Source: Candidatus Latescibacterota bacterium (GTDB lineage: Bacteria; Latescibacterota; UBA2968; UBA8231). From it: a stretch of DNA of 64,000 nt. Below, piece by piece: positions 48,159 through 59,424 of this stretch; position 1 is the stretch's first letter, and each line of letters begins with the position of its first letter. Below the pieces are notes generated by a model. That model worked only from the letters and a program-made list of their open reading frames with translations. It was not told the origin of the DNA and searched no databases. The translations under genes and the position numbers were made by a program. The stretch lies in contig OZ220089.1 in assembly GCA_964291625.2 (NCBI GenBank), forward strand, positions 1,152,001 to 1,216,000, written 5' to 3'.

Positions 48159-48728
48159 CTACAGTCGGCCCTTCAACTGTCCCCAGGACTCTCCCGTCAC
48201 CGCCGTGGCCGGGGCTTCCGGATAGAAGCCGGCGCCCACGGTGACATCCTGGCCGAAGGCGGAGAAGGGGACGACGTAGCTCACCTTGGGCGAGCCGGTC
48301 TCCTCGTCCCCCTCGATCGCGGGATTGTCGAACAGATACTCGACGAAGCCGCCCCCGTCGGCCGCCGCGGCGAGGAGCTCCTGGGTGTACTTGACGCCAT
48401 TGGAGTCCTCCGAGTCATAGATGTTCCGGCCCTCGAGATCCTGGTTCGCACCGTGAAAGAAGAGGGTGCCATCCGGAAGCAGGACGAAGACGTAGATCGC
48501 CCCCTGCCTCCAGCGCCCCTCGACCCGGAACTCCTGCAGGACACCCTGGTACTCGGCCAGGGTCGCGGCCTGCTCGACGTAGGCAACCGCCGCGTGGACG
48601 AAGTCCCTCAGGGTTTCCCGGTCCACCACGTCGGCCGCCGTGATCTCCGAGTCCTGGGCGGAGGCGGGATGGGCGGCAGTACAGAGGGCGGTCAGGGCTA
48701 TGATGGTTGCTGATGTCAGACGTTTCAT
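48159..48728 (-). CDS. Secreted stand-alone single Cache domain protein, copy 2
   Basis: MKRLTS signal peptide; paralog of 46310-46876 sharing a 40-bp identical block (46426-46465 = 48275-48314); tail ESWGQLK. Confidence 0.8.
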   Translation of the reverse strand: MKRLTSATIIALTALCTAAHPASAQDSEITAADVVDRETLRDFVHAAVAYVEQAATLAEYQGVLQEFRVEGRWRQGAIYVFVLLPDGTLFFHGANQDLEGRNIYDSEDSNGVKYTQELLAAAADGGGFVEYLFDNPAIEGDEETGSPKVSYVVPFSAFGQDVTVGAGFYPEAPATAVTGESWGQLKGRL

Positions 48729-48840
48729 GGTCTTCTCCCCTCTTGCCTGAGATGCTCTGAGAATGAGAGCGGCCGGGGGATTTCTGGCAAGGCCGGAGGG
48801 CTGCCGGCATCCCATCCAGCCCCGAGGCCACAACATGGCC

Positions 48841-48869
48841 TTGACGGCATATGCTTCCGAGGACATATT
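48841..48869 (+). promoter_or_regulatory. Putative sigma70 promoter of the XRE/defence operon
   Basis: TTGACG, 17-nt spacer, CATATT; palindrome GCATATGC in the spacer. Confidence 0.5.
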
Positions 48870-48899
48870 CGCCCGGCCGCCAACCGAGGGAGGTGCGCG

Positions 48900-49250
48900 A
48901 TGCCAGTGAAGGTGGAAGAGAAGATCGCGCGGCTCGATCCCGCCCGTCGCCGCAAGGTCGACGATCGAGCGGCCGAGCTGCTTGCCGAGGAGATGAGCCT
49001 GCGTGAGCTGCGCAAGGCCCGGCGGCTCACCCAGGCTCACCTCGCGAGCGAGCTGGGTATCTCGCAGGACGGCATCTCCCGGCTCGAGCAGCGAAGCGAC
49101 CTGCTGCTCTCGACGTTGCGCAAGACGGTGGAGGCCATGGGCGGCAGCCTGTCGCTCATCGCCAGGTTTCCCGACCGTCCGCCGGTCGAGTTGTTCAGCC
49201 CCAACGGACGCCCTCCGTCGGGGACCTCCAGGGCCAAGCCCGATGCCTGA
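48900..49250 (+). CDS. XRE family HTH protein (HigA-like antitoxin type), no toxin adjacent
   Basis: LRELRKARRLTQ..LGISQDGISRLEQRSDLLLSTLR..AMGGSL..ARFPD. Confidence 0.88.
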   Translation: MPVKVEEKIARLDPARRRKVDDRAAELLAEEMSLRELRKARRLTQAHLASELGISQDGISRLEQRSDLLLSTLRKTVEAMGGSLSLIARFPDRPPVELFSPNGRPPSGTSRAKPDA

Positions 49251-49274
49251 GGACCGGGAACTGAGCGCAAGAGC

Positions 49275-50345
49275 GTGAAGACAGTCGCATTCTTCAACAG
49301 CAGAGGAGGAGTGGGCACCACTTCCCTCGTCTACCATCTGGCGTGGATGTTCGCCGAGCAGGGCCGCAGGATCATCGCGGCCGACCTGGACCCCCAGGCC
49401 AGCCTGAGCGGGATGTTCCTGACCGAAGAGGTGATGGAGAAGATGTCGGGCGATCCCGCCAGGAAGACGATCAACGACGAGATCGAGCCGCTCTTCGACG
49501 GCAGCGGAGACATCGCCTCCGAGCCCCATGTCGAAGAGATCGACGAGAAGGTCGGGCTGCTCATCGGCGACCTCGGCCTGTCCAGGCAAGAGGACGATCT
49601 ATGGAATCAATGGTCCCTCTGCCTAGACGGCGATTCACGAGCCCTCCGGGTTACCACGGCGTTCGCCCGACTCATCGACCGCGCCGGTACAGGGTTCGAG
49701 GCCGACCTCGCTCTTGTGGACGTGGGGCCCAGCCTTGGCGCCCTGAACCGGGCTTCCCTGGTGGCGTGCGACCACGTGATCATCCCGCTGGCGCCCGATC
49801 TGTTCTCCCTGCAGGGACTGCGTAACGTCGGCCTGGCCATAGCGAAGTGGCGGGAAGCCTGGTCCGAGCGGCGCGCTGATGAGGCGGAAGACTTGGAATT
49901 GGGTCTGCCACAAGGATCGATGCAGCCGGCGGGGTACATCATCATGGGGCAATCGGTCCGGCTCAATCGGCCGAGGCTATTCGGGCGCTGGACCGAAGAG
50001 ATCCCCGGCGAGTATCGGCGATCCGTCATGCAGGCGGAAGACTGCAGCTCTGACTCCGACTCAGCCGACCCCCACCTCCTCGCCCACCTGAAGGAATACC
50101 ACGCGCTGATGCCGCTCGCCGAGGAGGCGAGCAAGCCCATTTTCAAGCTGAAGCCGGCCGACGGAGCCCTCGGCGGACACCAGAGGGCGGTGCAAGAGTG
50201 CTACCGTGACCTCAGGGACTTGGCTCGGAAGATCGAGGAGCGAATCGGTCTGGGCGGGGACACCGGTGCCCCCCCGCCGTCCTTCGGGGGAATGAGCCGC
50301 CCGCCACACACAGTGACCTGCCTACGCAACACGCCATCTGTCTGA
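49275..50345 (+). CDS. ParA/MinD-like ATPase with degenerate Walker A
   Basis: FFNSRGGVGTTS (canonical KGGVGKT), DLDPQAS, DVGPSLG and PLAPDLFSLQGL. Confidence 0.85.
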   Translation: MKTVAFFNSRGGVGTTSLVYHLAWMFAEQGRRIIAADLDPQASLSGMFLTEEVMEKMSGDPARKTINDEIEPLFDGSGDIASEPHVEEIDEKVGLLIGDLGLSRQEDDLWNQWSLCLDGDSRALRVTTAFARLIDRAGTGFEADLALVDVGPSLGALNRASLVACDHVIIPLAPDLFSLQGLRNVGLAIAKWREAWSERRADEAEDLELGLPQGSMQPAGYIIMGQSVRLNRPRLFGRWTEEIPGEYRRSVMQAEDCSSDSDSADPHLLAHLKEYHALMPLAEEASKPIFKLKPADGALGGHQRAVQECYRDLRDLARKIEERIGLGGDTGAPPPSFGGMSRPPHTVTCLRNTPSV

Positions 50346-50370
50346 TTGACCATTCCAGGAGGAAGGCCCC

Positions 50371-52587
50371 TTGGCTCGATTGAAGACCGCCGCAACTATC
50401 CTCGAGGCCGCGGAACGGTGGAAGCAACAGTGCCTGCTAGAGGGTGGCTCGCTGTTCGGTGAGGAACCTCTCTGGACGAGGGAACTATTCGCTGAACTAC
50501 ATACTCACTTTGTAGAGCGCCCCGTTGCGGGGAGCGGGTCGTTCGAAGGGAAACTGCGCCGGCAACTCGACCCTGCACCCCCGGAGTCTCGGCGCCTATG
50601 GGCGGAAATGACCTGGCTCTACTACCTGATTGTGAAGTCGGTGACACGCCTGACGAAGCTGGACAGGATCAGGACAGTGTGGGAGTGGTCCGGCACGGCG
50701 TTGCCCGAGGGTCATTGGGCGTTGGGGCACTCTCTGGACGGAGGGATGGTCAATCCGGGCATGGCCTATCTGACCCACCAGTGGCGTGAGTTCAGCTTCA
50801 TCATCACCGTGATGTTCGACTGGGCCTCCCGTTCCGCAAAGGAGCGCCAGTCGCTGCTGAACAGTCCTTGGGACTTCGCGGAATGGGTTGACGGACAGGA
50901 GGATGCCCGCCGACGTCAATTCCGCCATGCCCTGTTGTTCCTGCTGTTCCCCGACGACTTCGAACCAATCGTGTCCTTGAACCACAAGAAGGACATCGTC
51001 ACGGCCTTCCCTGACGAAACCGGCGCCACTCCTGATGTCGACAGCATGGACCTCATAGATCTCGATCGGGCATTGATAGCGGTAAGGAGACGCCTTGAGG
51101 ACGAGCACTCTGGACAAGAACTGACTCTCTACGAGCCATTCTTGAGGAAGGTTTGGCAAGGGGATTCTCCGACCCAAGTGGATGAGATCCTCGAAGACGA
51201 GGGTGGGGACGAGACATGGTACCGGCACCGCTTCGGTGAGGCGGATGTTTGGGTTATCGGAGCTGGCGAGGGCGCTCGCTTGTGGAGAGACTTCCACGAA
51301 CATGGCATCGCGGCCATCGGGTGGGACGACCTCGGGGACCTTGGCCAATATGACTCCAGGGAGTCAATCCACATTGCGCTGATCCAGATCGATGCAGGAC
51401 AGAATCCAATCATGCAGTCGCTGGCCGCGTGGGAGTTCGTGCACGAGATGAAGATCGGGGACGTCCTCATCGTCAAGAGAGGACGCAGCGTCATCCTCGC
51501 CTGGGGGGAAGTCACCGGAGACTATGTCTACGACTCTGAGCGGCCGGAGTACCAAAACCTGAGAAGAGTCGAGTGGCATCCCTGCCGTACGCCTATCAAC
51601 CTCCAAGGCCCCCTTACCACCAAGACGCTGACTCGATTCACCCCCGACAAAAAATGGTTGCGGGGTCTCTTCGCATTGATCGATGCTGAAGGAGGGGAAG
51701 TTGGGACCAATGGCCAAGAGAGCGCACCCTACGACATCACCGCCGCACTCGCTGACCTGTTCTTGGAGGAGACACAGTTCCGCCGCATTCTCGACTCCAT
51801 CGCGCTTCGCAAGAACCTGATCCTTCAGGGGCCACCGGGCGTCGGCAAGACCTTCATCGCGCGGCGGATCGCTTGGTGCCTGATTGGACGTAAGGACTCG
51901 CGCTCCATTGAGATGGTGCAGTTCCATCAGTCTTATGCCTACGAAGATTTCGTGCAGGGCTGGCGGCCCACAGAGACGGGTGGTTTCACGCTGCGCAACG
52001 GCGTGTTCTTCGAGTTCTGCAAGCGGGCGCAGCAAGAGCCCGAAACACGCTTTGTCTTCATCATCGACGAGATCAACCGGGGCAACCTGTCGAGGATCTT
52101 TGGTGAGCTGCTGATGCTCATCGAAGCGGACAAGCGGGGTCTCGACCACGCTATCCCGCTGACCTACGGAGCGCTCGGAGAACGCTTCAGCGTCCCTGAC
52201 AACGTGCATCTTCTGGGACTCATGAATACGGCAGACCGCTCCCTGGCGATAGTCGACTATGCGCTGCGCCGTCGCTTTGCATTCGAGTCGCTCGAGCCGG
52301 GTTACGGCACCAGACAGTTCCGCGAATTCCTATTGGAAGCGGACGTCGATAGGGACCTCGTGGACCGAATCGTCCGCAACCTGTCGGAACTCAACGAGCG
52401 CATCCGTGAAGACAAGGACCTGGGGCCTGGCTTCCAGATCGGACATAGTTACTTCGTACCCGAAGAGGCAGCGGACGAGCAGTGGTACCTGGGCATCGTC
52501 GATACCCAGATCGCACCCTTACTGCGGGAGTACTGGTTCGACCGTCCCGATCAGGTGGATGGACTGGTCAAGGACCTGCGCCAATGA
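50371..52587 (+). CDS. mcrB: McrB family AAA+ GTPase restriction subunit
   Basis: GPPGVGKT, VQFHQSYAYEDF, IDEINRG, MNTAD, ALRRRF and IGHSYF; TTG start with AGGAGG RBS. Confidence 0.95.
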   Translation: MARLKTAATILEAAERWKQQCLLEGGSLFGEEPLWTRELFAELHTHFVERPVAGSGSFEGKLRRQLDPAPPESRRLWAEMTWLYYLIVKSVTRLTKLDRIRTVWEWSGTALPEGHWALGHSLDGGMVNPGMAYLTHQWREFSFIITVMFDWASRSAKERQSLLNSPWDFAEWVDGQEDARRRQFRHALLFLLFPDDFEPIVSLNHKKDIVTAFPDETGATPDVDSMDLIDLDRALIAVRRRLEDEHSGQELTLYEPFLRKVWQGDSPTQVDEILEDEGGDETWYRHRFGEADVWVIGAGEGARLWRDFHEHGIAAIGWDDLGDLGQYDSRESIHIALIQIDAGQNPIMQSLAAWEFVHEMKIGDVLIVKRGRSVILAWGEVTGDYVYDSERPEYQNLRRVEWHPCRTPINLQGPLTTKTLTRFTPDKKWLRGLFALIDAEGGEVGTNGQESAPYDITAALADLFLEETQFRRILDSIALRKNLILQGPPGVGKTFIARRIAWCLIGRKDSRSIEMVQFHQSYAYEDFVQGWRPTETGGFTLRNGVFFEFCKRAQQEPETRFVFIIDEINRGNLSRIFGELLMLIEADKRGLDHAIPLTYGALGERFSVPDNVHLLGLMNTADRSLAIVDYALRRRFAFESLEPGYGTRQFREFLLEADVDRDLVDRIVRNLSELNERIREDKDLGPGFQIGHSYFVPEEAADEQWYLGIVDTQIAPLLREYWFDRPDQVDGLVKDLRQ

Positions 52588-53624
52588 CGAGCAGGAAGGT
52601 CCCCATCGCCAACATCTACTACCTCCTGTGCTACGCCTGGGACCATGTCGAGGAGCGTGATGTAGTTCGGCTGGAGGAGTTGGGAGAACTGGAGAGAGTG
52701 CAGGATCTCTTCGGCAAGGTGCTGGCCGAGGGTACCTTCCGGTTGATCCGCAGAGGCCTGGACCGGGGGTACCGAGAGGTGCGCGAGGACCTCGCAGGCA
52801 TCCGCGGGAAGATAGCCCTGGGCGAGACAGCGACACGAGCTTTGCGGGCCCGCGGACAGGTGGCTTGCGATTTCGAGGAGCTGTCCCACGACGTATTGCA
52901 CAACCGCATCCTTCGATCCACGCTCAAGTCCCTTCTGCGACTTCCGGACTTGCATCCCGACGTGCAGGCCGAAGTCCGCAACGCCTACACGAAGTTCGGC
53001 GGGGTGAGCGTGGTGCCTCTGAGCCGCCGGTTGTTCCAGCAGGTGCAGCTCGACCGCAACCGTCGGTACTACCGATTCCTGTTGTCCGTGTGCTGGCTGA
53101 TCCATGAGCAATTGCTGGTCGACGAACGGTCAGGAGAGGCACGGTTCACCGAGTTCAGCGAAGAGCGGATGGAGAGACTGTACGAGGACTTCATCATCGA
53201 GTTCTATCGCCGCGAGCAGGACCGATATCGGGTGAACCATCGCGGGCGCGTGATCGCCTGGCAGGACGAGGGCACCGCCGACCACCAGCGCTCCAAGCTG
53301 CCACAGATGGTAGCGGACGTCATCCTCGAAGCACCTGATCGGCGGATCATCCTGGATGCCAAGTACTACCGGGCGGCCTTGGGCGGCCGGTACGGCGGGA
53401 AACTGCACTCGCCCAATCTCTACCAACTCCTCGCCTACCTGAGGAATCGCGAAGCCACCGTAGCCTCAGGTCCGAAACACGAAGGGATCCTCCTCTATCC
53501 GACTGTTGACGAGCCGGTGGCCGTCGACATCCGCCTGGAAGGCTTCTCGATCCGAGCCTGTAGTATCGACCTCGCCGAGGACTGGCAGAACATCCACGAT
53601 AGCATGTTGGCCATGATCAGGTAG
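52584..53624 (+). CDS. mcrC: McrC family PD-(D/E)xK nuclease subunit
   Basis: IANIYYLLCYAW, LYEDFI, AD..ILDAKYY, YQLLAYL and GILLYP; ATGA overlap with mcrB. Confidence 0.93.
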   Translation: MTSRKVPIANIYYLLCYAWDHVEERDVVRLEELGELERVQDLFGKVLAEGTFRLIRRGLDRGYREVREDLAGIRGKIALGETATRALRARGQVACDFEELSHDVLHNRILRSTLKSLLRLPDLHPDVQAEVRNAYTKFGGVSVVPLSRRLFQQVQLDRNRRYYRFLLSVCWLIHEQLLVDERSGEARFTEFSEERMERLYEDFIIEFYRREQDRYRVNHRGRVIAWQDEGTADHQRSKLPQMVADVILEAPDRRIILDAKYYRAALGGRYGGKLHSPNLYQLLAYLRNREATVASGPKHEGILLYPTVDEPVAVDIRLEGFSIRACSIDLAEDWQNIHDSMLAMIR

Positions 53625-53644
53625 TCGATTCGGAGTCCTTTTCG

Positions 53645-55487
<1,843 letters not shown>

Positions 55488-55495
<8 letters not shown>

Positions 55496-56684
55496 GGCGT
55501 ACTGGAGAAGCGTCCGGCTTGCTGAAGTTGCGAACCAGCGAACCGAGAAAATCACCCCGTTCGCCGAGGATGAGCGTCCATACATTGCGCTTGAACACCT
55601 TGCGCAAGGACGTCCAGCAGTACTTGGATGGTCACGCGCTGGTACTGCCGCAAGCGCAAAGACAACCTTTCGCCAAGGCGACGTGCTTTTCGGAAAGCTA
55701 CGGCCGAACCTTCGGAAAGCAGCTCCCGCACCATTCGATGGGTTGTGTTCTACCGACATCCTTCCGCTCTTCGGTGAAGACGGCCTTGAAACCAGATATC
55801 TGGCCCAACTTGCACAATGGCACCCCTTGCAGCGGCATGCAGTTGCGACTTCATCTGGCACAAAGATGCCAAGAACATCCTGGAAGCAACTTGGGGAGTT
55901 CAGATTCTCCCTGCCGCCACTGCCCGAGCAGCGCAAGATTGCCGCGATCCTCTCCTCGGTGGACGAGGCCATCGCGAAGACCCGGGCGGTCATGGACCAA
56001 GTGCAGGTCGTCAAGCGCGGCCTGATGCAGGAGCTGCTCACCCGGAAGGAGAGGAACGGAATCGGTAGTCCAACCGAGTGGGCTGAGCAGAGTCTTGGCG
56101 ACCTCTTCACACTGCAGCTTGGAAAGATGTTGAACAAGAAAGCGAGAGAGACACTCCCGAAGTTTCCGTACCTTGGCAACAGAGATGTACAATGGGGACG
56201 CTTCGATGTCTCGGCACTGCGTGAGATGCACTTCACTGAGAGAGAGCGCGAAAAGTTTCGACTACTTCCTGATGATCTGCTTGTGTGTGAGGGGGGCGAG
56301 ATTGGCCGTACGGCACTCTGGAAGGGTGGGTTTGAGTGCTACTACCAAAAGGCAATTCACCGTCTGCGAGTACGAGACCAAGAGAAAATCGCACCCCGCT
56401 TCATTCTACACTTTATGCGGTTCGCCGCTGAGACGGGGTTGTTCACCGACTTGACGTCGCAATCCAGCATTGCTCACCTTACTAGGGAGAAGCTCGCACT
56501 TCTCAGAGTGCCTCTACCGTCACTTTCCGAGCAGCGAAGAATCGCAGCGATCCTGTCCTCGGTTGATGAATACACGACACAGATCGAGGCGCTGGTCCGT
56601 CAGGCACAGGCATTGAAGCATGGTCTGATGTCAGTTCTACTCACCGGCAAACTTCGAGTCACGCCAGCCCTTGAGCCCGAGTGA
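55488..56684 (+). CDS. hsdS: Type I RM specificity subunit
   Basis: Two TRDs, each followed by PxLxEQRxIAAILSSVDE..GLM..LLT. Confidence 0.95.
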
Positions 56685-56718
56685 GCCCGGACTTGACAGG
56701 GGAGAGCGAGGCAGGAAC

Positions 56719-59421
56719 ATGACCATAGAGGACGCCGCTGGCATGACGGCTCAGCCCCCCGGTGGGGCGCGTTTCTATCGGTGCGCACTGCAGGTGAATC
56801 CGCACCACTATGCCCAGACCTATCGGGGGCAGGCTACCCAAGGAGACGCGCTCTGCCATGCCCAGGGGATCGTTGACAAGGCCGTGCAGGTGGGTATCGA
56901 GGTGCTGGCCATTGCGGATCACAACAGCGTCGACGGCGTCGCGGCTTTTCGAGCCGCGTCGCGCAACCGTCCGATCCACATGTTCCCCGGGTTCGAGTTG
57001 TCCTCTTCCGAGGGCGTGCATCTATTGTGCCTGTACCCGCCGGATACAGACGGCGACCAACTCGGCCGGTACCTTGGAGAATTCGGCGTCCGCGAAACGA
57101 CCCCGTCCAGTGAGCCCGCCGCCAGGGCATTTGCGGAGATTCTGGCGGCCGTTGACAGCCAGGGCGGGGTTGCCATAGCGGCGCATGTCACCAACGATAG
57201 CGGGCTCTTCAAGGTCCTGTCGGGTCAGCCGAGGATCCGCGCATGGCGGGATGAGAACCTTCTCGCCGTCCAGATCCCCGGCGTCACCGACGACTTGCCG
57301 CCGAACATTCGCGAAATCCTTGAGAACCGGAACCCCGACTACCGCCGTAGTCAAACACCCGAAGACGGCGTTGCAGTCGCTGTCGTCAACGCAAAGGACA
57401 TCGTGGAGCCCGGCGACCTCGAGGCGCCCTCGGCGACCTGCTGGATCAAGATGCAGGAGGTTTCCATAGACGGGCTGCGCCAAGCCTTCCTGGACCCGGG
57501 CTCGCGCATTCGCCTGAATACCAAGGAAGGCGAGTTTGTGCCCGACGAGCACATGGAGATCGTCACGGTCGGGTGGGAAGGCGGTTTCCTCGACGGGGTG
57601 ACCGTGCGCCTCAATCCCAATCTCAATGTTCTCGTCGGGGGCCGCGGCGCCGGCAAGTCGACCGTTGTCGAGAGTATCCGCAGCGCGCTCGGACTTGAGC
57701 CGATCGGCGACGAGGCGCGCAAGGCGCATGATGGGATCGTGCGCCACGTGCTGCGCAACGGAACCAAGATCTCCCTGCTCGTCCGCGTGCGCCGCCCCGG
57801 GCTTCACGAGTATCGCATCGAGCGGACCATTCCCAATCCTCCGCTGGCCCGCGGCGAGAACGGCGAGGTATTGCATCTCGCGCCAACGGAGATTCTCCCG
57901 AGAATCGAAGCCTACGGCCAACACGAGATCTCGGAGCTTGCGAGAAGTCCCGACAAACTCACCCGGTTGCTCGAACGCTTCGTCGCACGCGATGAGTCCC
58001 TCTCTGGCCGCAAGGCGTCGCTGAGCCGGGACTTGGCCCGGAACCGCAGTGCCTTGTGCGAAGCGCGAGCCGAGATCGCGTCGGTTGAAGAGCGTCTGGC
58101 CGCCCTTCCCGGATTGGAGCAGACGCTCGAGCGATTCCAGGAAGTAGGCCTCGAGGAACGCCTGCGCGAGCAGAGCCTGCTCGTCCGCGAGGAACGGGTG
58201 CTCGATTCGGTTCCCGAGCGGCTGGCGCCATTTCGCGAGGCTCTGGAGATGCTGCGAAGAGAGCTGCCGATCGACCTTGCCTTCCTGTCGGAACGGGCCC
58301 TCGAGGACTTGCCTGGGCGCGACATCCTCTCCCAGGCGACTGGAACCCTCTCTGAATTGGAGCGGGCCACCCGGGGCATTGCGGAGAGTCTGGACCAGGC
58401 GTTGACGCGGGCAGATCACGACGTCGACCGGTTGCGGACCTCCTGGGACGTACGACGGCAACAGGTTCAGGCCGAGTACGAGAAGATTCTGCGTGAACTG
58501 CAGAAGTCACGCGTGGACGGGGAGGAGTTCATCCGCCTTCGCCGCCAGATCGAGGAATTGCGCCCACTTCAGGAGCGCCTTGTGCTCGTGCGCCGGCTGG
58601 AGAACGAGCATGCCGATCGGCGTCGTACGCTGCTGGCCGAATGGGAAGACGTCAAGGCCGCCGAGTTCCGCAACCTGGATGAGGCGGCAAGGAAGGTGAG
58701 CCAGGAGCTTCGCGGTCGCGTACAGGTGGAGGTGACGGGCGCCGGAGATCGGGAGCCGCTCTTCAAGCTGCTGCGGGACGAGATCGGCGGGCGCATGTCG
58801 GAGTGCATCGATAGTCTGCGAACCGCCTCCGAACTGTCCCTGACGCAATTCGTCGAAACGTGCCGCACGGGCGCCGAGGCGCTTCGCGGGACGTACGGCA
58901 TCCCCCCCGGTCAGGCGGAACGGCTCGCGGGTGCCGAGGCCGAGGTGCTCATGCGGATCGAAGAACTGGAGCTCGCCCCCACGACGGCGATCCGCCTCAA
59001 CACCGCATCAGCGGGGGAACCTCCGGCTTGGCAACTTCTGGAAGAGCTCTCGACGGGACAGAAGGCGACGGCGGTACTCCTGCTTCTGCTCCTCGAATCA
59101 GGCGCCCCCCTGATCGTGGACCAGCCCGAGGACGACCTCGACAACCGCTTCATCACCGAAGGCATCGTGCCGCGGATGCGCGAGGAGAAGCAGCGCAGGC
59201 AGTTCATCTTCTCGACCCACAACGCGAACATTCCCGTGCTCGGTGACGCTGAGCTGATCGTCGGACTGTCAGCCGCCGGGGAGGCGGACCACGGGCAAGC
59301 GCGCGTCGCGCCCGAGCACACCGGCTCGATCGATTCCCCTTCGGTGCGCGAACTCGTTGAAGAGATTCTCGAAGGAGGCCGCGAGGCGTTCGAGAGGCGT
59401 CGGCGGAAGTACGGGTTCTGA
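56719..59421 (+). CDS. PHP domain-ABC/SMC-like ATPase fusion (Ppl/TrlF-like)
   Basis: N-terminal PHP-like IADHN, GFE..GVHLL, AAHV; Walker A GGRGAGKST; long coiled coil; LSTGQK, IVDQPEDDLD and STHN. Confidence 0.85.
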   Translation: MTIEDAAGMTAQPPGGARFYRCALQVNPHHYAQTYRGQATQGDALCHAQGIVDKAVQVGIEVLAIADHNSVDGVAAFRAASRNRPIHMFPGFELSSSEGVHLLCLYPPDTDGDQLGRYLGEFGVRETTPSSEPAARAFAEILAAVDSQGGVAIAAHVTNDSGLFKVLSGQPRIRAWRDENLLAVQIPGVTDDLPPNIREILENRNPDYRRSQTPEDGVAVAVVNAKDIVEPGDLEAPSATCWIKMQEVSIDGLRQAFLDPGSRIRLNTKEGEFVPDEHMEIVTVGWEGGFLDGVTVRLNPNLNVLVGGRGAGKSTVVESIRSALGLEPIGDEARKAHDGIVRHVLRNGTKISLLVRVRRPGLHEYRIERTIPNPPLARGENGEVLHLAPTEILPRIEAYGQHEISELARSPDKLTRLLERFVARDESLSGRKASLSRDLARNRSALCEARAEIASVEERLAALPGLEQTLERFQEVGLEERLREQSLLVREERVLDSVPERLAPFREALEMLRRELPIDLAFLSERALEDLPGRDILSQATGTLSELERATRGIAESLDQALTRADHDVDRLRTSWDVRRQQVQAEYEKILRELQKSRVDGEEFIRLRRQIEELRPLQERLVLVRRLENEHADRRRTLLAEWEDVKAAEFRNLDEAARKVSQELRGRVQVEVTGAGDREPLFKLLRDEIGGRMSECIDSLRTASELSLTQFVETCRTGAEALRGTYGIPPGQAERLAGAEAEVLMRIEELELAPTTAIRLNTASAGEPPAWQLLEELSTGQKATAVLLLLLLESGAPLIVDQPEDDLDNRFITEGIVPRMREEKQRRQFIFSTHNANIPVLGDAELIVGLSAAGEADHGQARVAPEHTGSIDSPSVRELVEEILEGGREAFERRRRKYGF

Positions 59422-59424
59422 GTG

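Noticed and set aside
48159-49589. 476-aa ORF as a long Cache fusion
   Set aside because: The upstream part is antisense to the XRE and ParA genes; the real start is MKRLTS at 48728 with an RBS and signal peptide.
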